Below are positions 27,705 to 37,869 of a stretch of DNA of 64,000 nt, one piece after another. Both the position numbers and the translations under genes were made by a program. The notes beneath the pieces are model-generated. The model worked only from the letters and a program-made list of their open reading frames with translations. It was not told where the DNA came from and searched no databases. The stretch is taken from the IMG/VR virus record IMGVR_UViG_3300033493_000001, positions 1,756-65,755 of that record; one strand, 5' to 3'. The number at the start of each line of letters is the position of its first letter. The first letter of the stretch is position 1. Source of the stretch: a virus (Duplodnaviria > Caudoviricetes).

Positions 27705-27932
27705 TTAGGCCGTGGGCGCCGTTGATTCCGTTGCCTCGCGCAACTTACTGCGCAGCTCATTCATTTCCGCGTTCATGCGCTGTGCCGTGTTGTAGAGATA
27801 CGGGAATGCATCAAACATCGCCCTCGCAAAATCGATCCATTGTCTGCTGCCGAATCCGTGCACCTGGGCGCGCTCTCGCATGCGCAACAAGTCATCAAGG
27901 TTCGTTACCGTCATTGTCACTCTTGTTGTCAT
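27705..27932 (-). CDS. Hypothetical protein
   Basis: 75 aa; stop lies in GCCTAAC. Confidence 0.7.
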   Translation of the reverse strand: MTTRVTMTVTNLDDLLRMRERAQVHGFGSRQWIDFARAMFDAFPYLYNTAQRMNAEMNELRSKLREATESTAPTA

Positions 27933-27944
27933 GGCGCTTCTCCA

Positions 27945-27979
27945 GTTAGGCCGCGGGAGCCGTTGATGTGGTGTTAGGT
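27945..27979 (+). other. attI-like site
   Basis: GTTAGGC..CCGTTGAT-GTGGT-GTTAGGT; the two GTT are 28 bp apart. Confidence 0.6.
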
Positions 27980-28276
27980 TGCTTTCCTCTCGTAATTTCG
28001 CCCAGCATCAAAAGCCTGCTGAACAATGGATTCGAGCAGCTCGTTGAACATCGAATCGGCTAATGGGTTGTACGTTTCGGAATGGCTTTTTGATGCCAGT
28101 TCGCACGCAAGCGTTCGAATTTGCATAACCTGATTTCCTTCCGGTACGCACTTCACTTTTACTTCTACTCGCATCACCGCCTCCGTTTAACTCGCAACCT
28201 AACAACTACTTGAGCCCGACGCCTCAGACTTCACCGCTTCTTTCCCGCAGCATCTTGGCGCGGGCTAAGAGAGCCG
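27974..28276 (+). mobile_element. Putative integron-type gene cassette (303 bp) carrying antisense ORF 27974-28177
   Basis: Starts at G/TTAGGT; its attC R'' ACCTAAC is the exact complement. Confidence 0.7.
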
Positions 28277-28282
28277 TTAGGC
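28197..28282 (+). other. attC site (86 bp)
   Basis: ACCTAAC-AACTAC-TT[G]AGCCCG[A]CGCC...GGCG-CGGGCT-AA-GAGAGCC-GTTAGGC; canonical spacings and two extrahelical bases. Confidence 0.8.
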
Positions 28283-28283
28283 A

Positions 28284-28532
28284 CTACGGTTCGCACGCAA
28301 TGCAGCGCACGCCTTTAACCTCTTCGTCCGGGTCGAGCCTGTGCTCCAAGCAAAGGTTTCTTGCCACCGTGCTTCCGGTGCCGAATGTGTCCATTACAGC
28401 CACCCATCGCGGGGAGTTTCCGTAGCGTCTCGGCCGCGCGTTCCGCATGGCTCGGCACACCAGTTCTTCCGCAGAATAGGTGGGCGCACTGGCGTTCTTG
28501 ATTTGCGGGTCGGTTGCGGTTTTCGTGCTCAT
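28284..28532 (-). CDS. Hypothetical protein
   Basis: MSTKTATDPQ..; stop abuts the attC R' box. Confidence 0.6.
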   Translation of the reverse strand: MSTKTATDPQIKNASAPTYSAEELVCRAMRNARPRRYGNSPRWVAVMDTFGTGSTVARNLCLEHRLDPDEEVKGVRCIACEP

Positions 28533-28545
28533 GGCGCTTTGCTCG

Positions 28546-28743
28546 CTAATTCTTGAGGTTCCTAGAGAACCTCTGCCGGTCAAAAAAAAGGGAGTCGGCA
28601 CTACTCGCTATCCCATTCAGGTGCGATATGACGATCTCCTCAATAAGGGCCTCGGGCGTTATGCCGCGGGCCCTTGCCTTCGCTACTAGGACTGCTTCTG
28701 TGAACTCATCCAGCGGCGGAATAACGTGTTCTTTTCCATCCAC
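28546..28743 (-). CDS. Small ribbon-helix-helix-like protein
   Basis: LVAKARARGITPEALIEEIV. Confidence 0.5.
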   Translation of the reverse strand: MDGKEHVIPPLDEFTEAVLVAKARARGITPEALIEEIVISHLNGIASSADSLFFDRQRFSRNLKN

Positions 28744-28765
28744 AAAAACCCCTTGAAAGGTTCGT

Positions 28766-28966
28766 TTAGGATCTTCCTATCACCTGCCTCTGCCCCATAT
28801 CCTCTGTGCCACTGACAGCAGCTTCGAGGGCTTGGCTTACCCACATGCGCATCAATACAGCGGGCGGAATGCGCTTCTTCCGAGCCAGCGCCACCAGCAG
28901 CGTGTCGTCGTCTTCAGGCAAGCGGATGGTTCGTTCCTTGAGTGTCGATTTGGCGATTGCGCCCAT
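28766..28966 (-). CDS. CII-position small DNA-binding protein (RHH-like)
   Basis: TIRLPEDDDTLLVALARKKRIPPAVLMRMWV, downstream of cro. Confidence 0.6.
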   Translation of the reverse strand: MGAIAKSTLKERTIRLPEDDDTLLVALARKKRIPPAVLMRMWVSQALEAAVSGTEDMGQRQVIGRS

Positions 28967-29672
28967 GTCCTTTTCCTTTCAATGCCTATCGGTGTGGTGG
29001 TCAATGCGTACAGAATTAGGGGAGGCCCCTGGCGTGGTAGGATTTGAGTCGCCAAAAACAAACCTATCCACAAAAGGAGCCTCCTGTGAAAACCGAATCG
29101 CTGTTAGAGCTAATACTTATGGCCCAAGTGCAGCAGCTTGCTATCCTCACCCGGCTGGAGAAGCGGCTATATCCTCTGCCGACTGGGCAGCAGGGCGCGG
29201 CCGCCGCCATATCAGAAGCCGAGAACGACATCAGGGCAGCCCTGAGAGAGTGCAAAGCTCTCGCGAAATCGCTGCTCGAAGCGTCACCGGATCAGCGCTA
29301 ACCGTCGTCTCACCCTTGAGGCGGTCGATAATTTTTATCGCCGTCTCCAGGGTCCATTCCGCGCTGCCATACGAGAGGCCGCCGACCACTTCGATCACCT
29401 TTCGGACATCCGTCATGTCGATGTTCGCGACGTGGTATTCGTCGTGGTCACCGGGCGGAAGAGTTGTGTCCTCGGCTCGGATGATTCCGCGCTTGATGGC
29501 CTCGGAAACGGTGATGGTTTTTTCGGTCTTTTTTTCTTGCTCGGATGTACCGATAACGATCGCCTTTAGCTCTTCCACCATCCGGTCGATGTGGGCGGGA
29601 TCTATCGCGCCCATGTCGAGCGTGGATTTTTCAGAGGATGCCGTCATGCTCTATTGCCTCTCGGTGGTTGGG

Positions 29673-29885
29673 TTACTGCGTGCGGGTGCGGCGCTTGGGT
29701 TTGGGGTGTGATGCTTTGCCGCAAGCAGAAAGCTTGTCGAGCCGTACCGCCGCGCCGGTCACGAGGTCGGCTTGGTCCTGCGTTAGGTCTTTTGGCCACT
29801 GCGAGATGGCGCTCCGTGTCCTGCCGATTGCGCGCGCTAGGGCGGCTCCGGACCCGAAAAGTTTGATCGCTTGCTGTTTCGTCAT
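29673..29885 (-). CDS. cro: Cro repressor
   Basis: MTKQQAIKLFGSGAALARAIGRTRSAISQWP; divergent from cI. Confidence 0.88.
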   Translation of the reverse strand: MTKQQAIKLFGSGAALARAIGRTRSAISQWPKDLTQDQADLVTGAAVRLDKLSACGKASHPKPKRRTRTQ

Positions 29886-29891
29886 GCCTAT

Positions 29892-29958
29892 ATGTTTAAC
29901 ACGCTGAACATTGACGGTCAAGCCCATGCAACATCAAAATGTTTAGAGTTATAGACAT
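29892..29958. promoter_or_regulatory. OR operators and PR promoter
   Basis: 20-bp imperfect palindromes ATGTTTA-N6-TGAACAT (29892-29911) and ATGTTTA-N6-TAGACAT (29939-29958); TTGACC-17-TAAACA on - strand. Confidence 0.8.
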
Positions 29959-30613
29959 GAGCACATTAGCCGAGCGCGTGGCCGAGGCATTGGCGGACGC
30001 GGGAATCAAGCCGATTGAACTAGCAAGGATGGCCGGGGTCGGCCGGGCCACCGTTTCCCTATGGATGAGTGGACATACCAAAAAATTAGAGGGGCCCAAC
30101 CTGACCAAGGCATCTAGGGCTCTCGGTGTCGATCCTCACTGGCTCGCAACAGGGGAAGGACGAAAAAGACCGCTGTCTGGGGGCAATGTTGAGCCAGGCC
30201 CGGACATTCGCGGCCAGGTCCCACTTATCTCATGGGTACAAGCGGGGAAGTGGTGCGGTATTGTGGATACGTTCCACCCTTGTGACGGGGAGAAAATGAT
30301 TTTCTCAACAAAAAAAGTCGGTCCGCATGCATTCGCTCTACGGGTCAAGGGGGATTCGATGGAAAGCCCGGCAGGACGGCCGACCTATCCAGAAGGATCG
30401 ATTATCATCGTAGATCCAGGCGTTGATGCGGTTCATGGGAGCCGCGTGATCGTCCGCCTGGATAGATCAGACGAAGCCACGTTCAAGCAACTTGTTGTCG
30501 ATGGTGGAAAGCGTTATTTGAAGCCACTGAATCCGCGCTATCCCATCCTCGAAATGACAGATGACGCGGTGGTCTGCGGTGTTGTCGTTCAAACAATCAT
30601 TGACGAGGACTAG
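29957..30613 (+). CDS. cI: CI repressor (HTH plus S24 autoprotease)
   Basis: HTH then VPLISWVQAG, FALRVKGDSM, ATFKQL. Confidence 0.95.
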   Translation: MSTLAERVAEALADAGIKPIELARMAGVGRATVSLWMSGHTKKLEGPNLTKASRALGVDPHWLATGEGRKRPLSGGNVEPGPDIRGQVPLISWVQAGKWCGIVDTFHPCDGEKMIFSTKKVGPHAFALRVKGDSMESPAGRPTYPEGSIIIVDPGVDAVHGSRVIVRLDRSDEATFKQLVVDGGKRYLKPLNPRYPILEMTDDAVVCGVVVQTIIDED

Positions 30614-30616
30614 AGT

Positions 30617-30898
30617 ATGGATATCAATGATATGTGGCGGTTAGATGCCATTCGTCCGCTTCCGTTCGTTATGAACTTCGCGGGGCTCATGGCAGCGTTT
30701 GCCACTTTGATGGCCATTGTAATGTGGAAATACCCTTCGGGAGATATCCATCTTTATGCCGCTATCGGGATAGGTGCTTCGATGGTCACTATTACCCTAT
30801 GGTCGGTTATCATCGTTATCCGCGCTAGAACGCTGATGATTATTTCTCAGCTCAGCGAAATGGACGGCCATATGAAGTCGATTTTGGAGAGAGAATGA
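30617..30898 (+). CDS. Membrane protein co-transcribed with cI
   Basis: Two hydrophobic segments. Confidence 0.65.
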   Translation: MDINDMWRLDAIRPLPFVMNFAGLMAAFATLMAIVMWKYPSGDIHLYAAIGIGASMVTITLWSVIIVIRARTLMIISQLSEMDGHMKSILERE

Positions 30899-31110
30899 GC
30901 GACGACAACATATACTGGGGAGGATACTTTGTTACTTGGATTATTCTGTTTGTTGGCTGTTGGATTTATTCGATAGCCTCCTATGGGTTTCTTCTTGGGG
31001 TCAGTCTTGGCTGGATCCCATCGCTGATCGTTGCCTCCCTAATCTCTTTCTTGTGGCCATTTATTGCGCTAGCCATTATCGTGCTAGGCATCATCCTTTA
31101 TCGGTCATAA
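30895..31110 (+). CDS. Membrane protein co-transcribed with cI
   Basis: 71 aa, almost entirely hydrophobic. Confidence 0.7.
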   Translation: MSDDNIYWGGYFVTWIILFVGCWIYSIASYGFLLGVSLGWIPSLIVASLISFLWPFIALAIIVLGIILYRS

Positions 31111-31131
31111 GCCCTACCACGGGAACATCCC

Positions 31132-31166
31132 ATCCCGCCCCGGCCCCGTCGGGCGGGATTTTTTTT
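31132..31166 (+). terminator. Terminator of the cI operon
   Basis: ATCCCGCCC..GGGCGGGAT followed by T tract. Confidence 0.85.
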
Positions 31167-31173
31167 GCCTGAA

Positions 31174-31221
31174 ATGTTTAGCGCGCTTGACATTGCTGGC
31201 AGTGTTTAGTAAGTTGAACAC
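31174..31221 (+). promoter_or_regulatory. OL operators and PL promoter
   Basis: ATGTTTA-N6-TTGACAT (31174-31193), GTGTTTA-N6-TGAACAC (31202-31221); TTGACA-17-TAAGTT. Confidence 0.85.
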
Positions 31222-31374
31222 CATCACGCACCGCACCACCGCCAGCAACGCCGCGCAGGGCCGAGCGACTGGCCGAGAGGTTGACCCACCTGGTAACGCG
31301 GACTGAGGGCTTTCCGCATAGCGGGGCCGGAAGTGGGCGAGAGAGCAGAGCGCGAATGAGCGGAGGGAGTTGAG

Positions 31375-33180
31375 ATGTCGAACATGAGTTATTGCCGATT
31401 CGAAAACACGCTGCGCGCCCTTCGCGATTGCTATGAGCACATGGACGACAAGGTTGGCGAGCGAGAGGCGCGGTATCGCTATCAGTTGATCGACTTGTGC
31501 CGAGCCATCGAAGCGGACTACGCGCACGAAATCGACCCGCAGAGTAACGAAGGCGCTGGCTCATAGGGTGAGTAGGAGCGGATAGGAGAGAGAGGAAATA
31601 ACGATGGTTCTGAACCCTAACGATGCGCCGGCCGGATTCGTTGCGGTATCGAGGTTCGACTTCGACGACGAGTGTAAAGCCTGTGCGTTTTACGATTATC
31701 CAGAAAGCGGCAATTTCATTGCTTGTCGCGACAAGTCTGGAAACAGGTGCAGCCCATCGTGTCGAGACGATAAGCATTTCGTCGTTTTCGTGAAGAGTTA
31801 GAGGATAGGAAGATGGCCGAGTTCGAGATTAACGCCAACGAAGCAACCATTAAGCCGACGTTTTCGCATAGACACGTTCGCCTCCAGTTCAGTGCAGACG
31901 TGAGCGATGTGGTTAGCCTTCTCACGTTAGAGCAGATCGTCGCCAACGTAGATGTTGATGGCCTGCTTGCCGTTATCGGCGAAGACCGTGCCGATGCTTA
32001 CTTCGGTCTGGTGCAGCCGGAATAAGAGAACGACATGACCACAAAGCGATTCACGAAAGAGAAGTTGCTCCTGGACCTGGTACGCATGCGCGACAGTCGC
32101 GGCTTGCAGCACGGGTTCATCGCTGGCAACGGTTGGGCGCAGGTGAAAGGAAAGGGCGAAGAGCTGAACCGCGAATACGGCGAGTGGGATTTTATCCGCG
32201 ACCTGATTTCGATGATTGATTCTGGCGACATCGGCCGCTGAATGCGGACGGGAGATAGGCGATGAAGGTTTGGATTTCGAAGTTGGCGCTGACGAAGGGC
32301 ATCTACGAAGCGGAAGTCGCTGTATCTGAATCTGGATATGTGTCAGAGACCAGTACCTGGGGTTTCGGCGGAAGACTCGGCCGTGACGCCCATGAAACAC
32401 GCGAAGCCGCCGTAGCCGCTGCTGAGCAGATGCGACTGAAGAAAATCGCATCGCTCAAGAAGCAGTTGACGAAGCTCGAAGCGATGAAGTTTTGATAGAG
32501 GAATGCTCTAAATGAAAACAACCGACGAAATCGAAGTGGTGCTCAGCAGGCTTCCCGCCGAAGGAACGCGCTTCAGCGGGATGACGTACGAAGAGGGGAT
32601 TGAGGAGGCGCTTCGCTGGGTGCTCGGCGAGCTTGATGACGAAGATGCGCCGTACTTCGGCACCGATTAACCATAACAACACCCCCTCGGCGCCCTCCCC
32701 GCCGACCTGAGCCGACACAGGACAAACGGCCGAACCATCTCAGGTCGAGATGGCCTCGGAAAGCAGCGAGATTCCTCCGGGCATGACGTTGTGGCTCCCG
32801 GCGCTGCTTCCCAAGGGCTCGATGATGTTGCGGCGTGGAAAGCAGACACGCAGGCGAATGCCCACTGGCGCACCGGATAGGGCAATAGTTGGTTGGTGGC
32901 AAGGGCTTTCGAATTCCCTGAGCAGCCCGCTAACTGATTGGAGATAGGACATGGCAACACCTAACCGTCCACGTTATACCGCCGAGAGGGCTCTATGGTT
33001 CCGAGAACACGGCGCGCAGAACTGGGAGGCGTGGTCATTGGAATTCTATCGCTACTATGGGCGCGGGTGGATTCGTACAGCGGAAGATATCGAGCGGGCT
33101 AAGGCGTTCATCGCGAGTAAGAGCGACAAACCGCTTTCTGAAATCGCTCCTTACCTGCTTTGCGGGCACGCACAATGAAA
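31375..33180 (+). CDS. Run of small early-left hypothetical genes (31375-31566, 31604-31801, 31813-32025, 32035-32241, 32262-32495, 32951-33178)
   Basis: Tightly spaced + strand ORFs with RBSs downstream of PL. Confidence 0.6.
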
Positions 33181-33435
33181 CACGTCGCGCTCAGTCTCGC
33201 TGTCCTTGCTCTGTGGGCGATGGCTGGCGAATGGGAATATCAGGAGCAGGCGGAAACGGTGGAGGTTGCAGCGTATGAGTGACGATATTCGAGAGCCAAC
33301 TGAGCGCCTAGCCGTTGAGTTACTAGCAGAAGTTTTTAAGGCATCTCGCGGCGAATGGGAAAAATGGCTTAGTAAGCGCGGCGCCGAATGGGACAAGAAA
33401 GCCGAGGAATTCCTCCGCGATAATGGAGTTGACCT

Positions 33436-34558
33436 ATGAACGCCCTCGACGCCTTCAACATCACCCGTCCTCTCTGCGCGCAACCGTGCTCTATCGTCGA
33501 GTGCCGACCGGACTATGAAATGGCCGAGCGCGCCATCTGCGACGCAATTACCGCTCGCTGGCCTGCACCGCTGGAGCGCGTCGGAATCGCCATCGGCACC
33601 GGCAAAGCGGAATTCGAGCGCTCACGAGACCTGCGACTCGCGATTGGTGCGGCGCGTCGCGTAATGCTGGAGGTGAATTAATGAACGCCCGCCCCCACTG
33701 CCACATATCCGCGCAATGCCTCGCATGGGCGGAGACGCAGGGAAATATGGATGAGCTGGACGCATGCCGTGATCAGCTTGTCCGGCAGGAATTCGGCCGC
33801 GTCATGGAGAAGGACCGCGCAGACATCGTGCTCCGTGCGCTCGAATCCATCACGCCGGACACGCAAGACAGGATTGCGCTGATATCCGAGTCGGACGATT
33901 TGGTGGAGCTAGGCCGAATTCTGAATCTGCACATCGACCGCATGAAATGGCAAGTGGCCGGTGAGCGCGTTGATGCGAGAAAGGGAGGGTCGAAACTGTG
34001 AGCGACTGGATTGAATGGCACGGCGGAGAAAGGCCGGTGGATGGTGATGTGATTGTTGAGTACCGCATGTGGAGCGGCGTATGGAGTGCTGCTCATGCTC
34101 GCGATTTGTACTGGGATCATCACCAATTATTAGGCGACATCGTCGCGTATCGCGTAGTTGGCGCTAGTCCGCCCAAACAACATGATGATATGGCGGAATT
34201 ACGCGACGCCCTCGCGCTTATCAAGGAGCTTAGGGATGCGTCGATGCAAACCATGCTTCTCGCCCGCCTGAGGTTCGGCAATCTGGACGATATTGCTAAC
34301 GCGGCATTTGATGCACACGGAACGGCAATCGACAAAGCCGACGCCTTCCTGAAAGAGCAAGAGCAACAACCTGGTGAGCCAGTGAAGCACGGGTGCCATG
34401 TAGATGTGTTGCTCGGCGGCGAGATGTACCACACCTGCGAGATGGACGGTGACGGACAAGCATCGTGCGCGACAGCGGAACACCTGACCCGCAAAGAGGA
34501 TTGTCCGTACTGGAAGCCTATCGATGCGGCGGATCAATCAAAGTTAACAGGAGAATAA
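33436..34558 (+). CDS. Three coupled hypothetical genes (33436-33681, 33681-34001, 33998-34558)
   Basis: Overlapping stop/start junctions. Confidence 0.6.
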
Positions 34559-34560
34559 CC

Positions 34561-35322
34561 ATGGGTGACATTGCTCCAATTAGACCGGCCGGACAGGCAT
34601 TTTCACTGACTCCGCAAACTCTTGATGAGGCCATGAAGTACGCGGACTTGATCGCGAAAAGTGAAATCGTGCCGAATGATTATAGAAACAAACCGGCAAA
34701 TGTGTTGGTAGCGATCCAGATGGGCCTCGAACTTGGGTTGCCGCCGCTCCAGGCGCTTCAGAATATTGCGGTTGTCAACGGTCGGCCCGCTGTATGGGGG
34801 GATTCATTGATGGCGATTGCGCGCGCTCACCCGGCGTGCGAATACATTACAGAGACCATGGACGAGAGCACTATGAAGGCGACCTGCAAAGCCAAACGCA
34901 AGGGCCAGCCGGAAGAGGTTCGCACGTTCAGCCAGAAGGATGCTGAGCTGGCCGGGCTGTGGGGCCGCAACACCTGGAAACAGTACCCTAAACGCATGCT
35001 CCAGATGCGGGCTCGCGGGTTTGCTATCCGCGACGTGTTCCCCGACGCCCTGCGCGGCATCGCCCTGGCCGAAGAAGTGCAGGATATGAGTCCGCGCGAC
35101 ATGGGATCGGTTCAGCGTGTCGATGAGCCCGCAAGCTCTCCATCCTTGGCGGGATATCCGGCCGGAAAGTTCGCCGAGAAACTGCCGGCATGGGCCGAAC
35201 AGATTGAGAGCGGCGCGCGCACGGCGGACGACATCATCGCCACCATCGGCAGCCGCTACTCCATGACAGACGACCAGAAGCAGCAGCTTCGCAACGTGCA
35301 GCCAACCGGAGGCGCCCAATGA
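34561..35322 (+). CDS. RecT-like single-strand annealing recombinase
   Basis: S.IVP.DY.NKPANVLVAIQMG.ELGLPP.QAL.NI.VVNGRP..WGD..KQYPKRML..RA. Confidence 0.85.
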   Translation: MGDIAPIRPAGQAFSLTPQTLDEAMKYADLIAKSEIVPNDYRNKPANVLVAIQMGLELGLPPLQALQNIAVVNGRPAVWGDSLMAIARAHPACEYITETMDESTMKATCKAKRKGQPEEVRTFSQKDAELAGLWGRNTWKQYPKRMLQMRARGFAIRDVFPDALRGIALAEEVQDMSPRDMGSVQRVDEPASSPSLAGYPAGKFAEKLPAWAEQIESGARTADDIIATIGSRYSMTDDQKQQLRNVQPTGGAQ

Positions 35323-37040
35323 AGATTCACCCCGTACAGCCCGGAAGTGACGCATGGCGTGCGCTCCGTTCGCGCATCCGCCGCACCGCCAGCGTGGCCC
35401 CAATCATGATGAGCGTGTCCAAGAAGATGCGCCGCTCCGACCTGGTGCGCATGGTCGCCACCGGAGACGAGCAGGAATTTTCGCGTTTCGTGCAGGAGGT
35501 ACTTTTCGAAAAGGGTCATGCCGCCGAGACCGCTGCCCGCCCCTTTATTGAGGCGGAAGTCATCGGCAACGACTTGTATCCCATTACCGCCACTGACGAT
35601 GCTGAATATATCCTCGTGTCCGCCGACGGCATCACCGAGGACTACCGGCACGGCTGGGAATGCAAGCTGTGGAATGAGGAAAAGGCCGGCCAGGTTCGCA
35701 ACGACATAGTGCCGGAAGAAGACCGTTGGCAGGTTGTGCAGGCGCTGGTTATTACATGCGCCGAAGACTGGACCTATACCGTTACCGACGGCACCACGGA
35801 GAAGACCGTATCTACCGTCTACCGACTCCAGGATAGCGACGAAAAGGCCCTCATGGCTGGCTGGCGCCAGTTCGATGACGATGTTGCCGCCTACGTCCAC
35901 GTGGAGCATGTCCCCACCCCTGAAGGAAGAGCCCCGGAAACGCTCCCCGCGCTACGCATTGAAGTCACTGGCATGGTCACCGCCTCAAACCTGGCCGAGT
36001 TCAAGGAAACGGCTCTTGCGGTCTTTAAAGGCATTAACCGCGACCTGAAGACCGACGAGGACTTCGCCAACGCCGCGAAAACAGTGAAGTGGTGCGAGGG
36101 CGTAGAGGATCGCCTTGGCGCAGCCAAGCAGAACGCCTTAGGGCAGACCAAGAGCATTGACGAGCTCTTCCGCACGATTGACGCCATCTCGGAGGAGGCC
36201 CGCGCCACGCGCTTGGAACTGAACCGGCTGGTGGAGTCGCGCAAGACCGCTGTCCGTGCAGAAATCCTACAGAAGGCGCAGGCCGATCTTGCCGCGTATC
36301 AGGCCAGTGTGAACGACTCCCTTGCTCGCGTTCGCCTGCTCGCCTATCAAGCCGACTTCGCAGGTGCCATGAAGGGCAAGAAATCGGTCGTCACCCTTCA
36401 AGATGCGGCGGATACCACGTTGGCCACGGCGAAGATCGCCATCAGCGCCGCCGCCGATGAGGTCCGCCGGAATCTGAAGACGCTGGACGAATGGGCTGGC
36501 GAACACATATTCCTGTTCTCCGACCTGCAAACCATCGTCACAAAGCCGGCTGACGACTTCACCGCGCTGGTGAAGATGCGCATTGCGGATCACAAGGAAG
36601 CCGAGGCCAAGCGCCTTGAAGCAGAGCAGGCCCGCATCCGCGCCGAGGAAGAACGCAAGGAAAACGAGTGCATCGAGCAGGAGCGCCGGCGCATCCGTGA
36701 GGAGGAGCGGCAGAAGGCCCAACAGGAGGTTGTGCGCATCAATCCGGGTTTCGTTGAGCGCCCGGAGACCGTAACCCATGGTATCGCTGTTCCGCACCAC
36801 ACGGTCAGCGCCGCATTCGATACCCCTGATACCGGCGCCACCATGAAGCTCGGCACGATATGTGCGCTCCTTGGCTTCACAGTCACCGCCGACTTCCTGG
36901 CCACCATCGGGTTCTCCGCCGTCGGAACCGAGCGCGCCGCGAAGCTGTACCGCCGGGCCGACTTCGGCCGCATCTGCCAGGCCATCGCCAGTCACGTGGC
37001 GGCTGTCGCTGAGATGGAAGCGCAGAAGGGGGCGGCATGA
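35319..37040 (+). CDS. YqaJ/lambda-exonuclease family protein with coiled-coil C-terminus
   Basis: W..LR..TAS..GH..E..AR..SADG..WECK..QV. Confidence 0.85.
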   Translation: MKIHPVQPGSDAWRALRSRIRRTASVAPIMMSVSKKMRRSDLVRMVATGDEQEFSRFVQEVLFEKGHAAETAARPFIEAEVIGNDLYPITATDDAEYILVSADGITEDYRHGWECKLWNEEKAGQVRNDIVPEEDRWQVVQALVITCAEDWTYTVTDGTTEKTVSTVYRLQDSDEKALMAGWRQFDDDVAAYVHVEHVPTPEGRAPETLPALRIEVTGMVTASNLAEFKETALAVFKGINRDLKTDEDFANAAKTVKWCEGVEDRLGAAKQNALGQTKSIDELFRTIDAISEEARATRLELNRLVESRKTAVRAEILQKAQADLAAYQASVNDSLARVRLLAYQADFAGAMKGKKSVVTLQDAADTTLATAKIAISAAADEVRRNLKTLDEWAGEHIFLFSDLQTIVTKPADDFTALVKMRIADHKEAEAKRLEAEQARIRAEEERKENECIEQERRRIREEERQKAQQEVVRINPGFVERPETVTHGIAVPHHTVSAAFDTPDTGATMKLGTICALLGFTVTADFLATIGFSAVGTERAAKLYRRADFGRICQAIASHVAAVAEMEAQKGAA

Positions 37041-37197
37041 GAAACCCATACATCCTATTCCGAGGGAAATTGATTTCCCATGACGAGCTTGTTGCTCTGC
37101 AAAAGCGGGCGCTTGTGAGATTGGTGGTGTCCGTAATTTTCGTTCTTTTCTGTTTCGCATGGCTCGCCTATTCGGTGATAGCGGAGGCATGACCGCC

Positions 37198-37386
37198 ATG
37201 CAAATCCTAACCGCACAAATTGGCGACCGCCTCGTCATCGGTGATGTGACGATAGCGGTTCTCGAAAAGAGGGCGCGCGGCATCAAGTGCGGAATCGACG
37301 CGCCGAAGGATGTCCCGGTGCATCGCAAAGAAGTGCGCGACCGGATCAGGGTTGACCAACAAACAACGCCAGCGCCCGGTAAATAG
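37198..37386 (+). CDS. csrA: CsrA/RsmA-like RNA-binding regulator
   Basis: GDRLVIGDVTIAVL..IKCGIDAPKDVPVHRKEV. Confidence 0.85.
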   Translation: MQILTAQIGDRLVIGDVTIAVLEKRARGIKCGIDAPKDVPVHRKEVRDRIRVDQQTTPAPGK

Positions 37387-37403
37387 GGCGCGAAAGGTTT
37401 GAT

Positions 37404-37673
37404 ATGAACAAGCTTATTCTACTCGCCTTCCTCCCCCTCTCCGCGCACGCCCTGGACGTCACCGACTGCCAACGAATCGCAGAACGGCAATCAATCGCCC
37501 CGGTAACGGTCATCGACGGCGAGCCGATAGCCGGATATGACGCAATTGTCGGGCGCATCGCGGGACGTATCAACGGGCAGACGGAGACGCGGTTTTATCT
37601 CTGCACGAACGAGCGTATCCGCGTCGGTACGATGGCGCAGATTGCGGGATTGGTGGCGAGGATTGAGGAATAG
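37404..37673 (+). CDS. Hypothetical protein with signal peptide
   Basis: MNKLILLAFLPLSAHA. Confidence 0.65.
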   Translation: MNKLILLAFLPLSAHALDVTDCQRIAERQSIAPVTVIDGEPIAGYDAIVGRIAGRINGQTETRFYLCTNERIRVGTMAQIAGLVARIEE

Positions 37674-37869
37674 ACGGAGGCTCACAATGCAAACAGTAGA
37701 CGCAAAAGCACGAGTGATTTGCCACAAGCTCGGCATACCGGATGACGGCACAGGATTCAACATCATCAAGCTGGCCCTCAAGGAGCAGGATCGCGATACT
37801 CGCCACGCCTGCGCGGAGGCGGTGATCAACGCAGCCGATCCACATGCCGCGTGCATGAACGCCAGATCC

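Noticed and set aside
32885-32935. tRNA fragment (GGG..TTCGAAT..CCC)
   Set aside because: No acceptor stem or CCA
36267-37328. 353-aa - strand ORF and similar long antisense ORFs (e.g. 5274-6074, 14330-15067, 34804-35403)
   Set aside because: Shadows of well-supported genes on the opposite strand in GC-rich DNA
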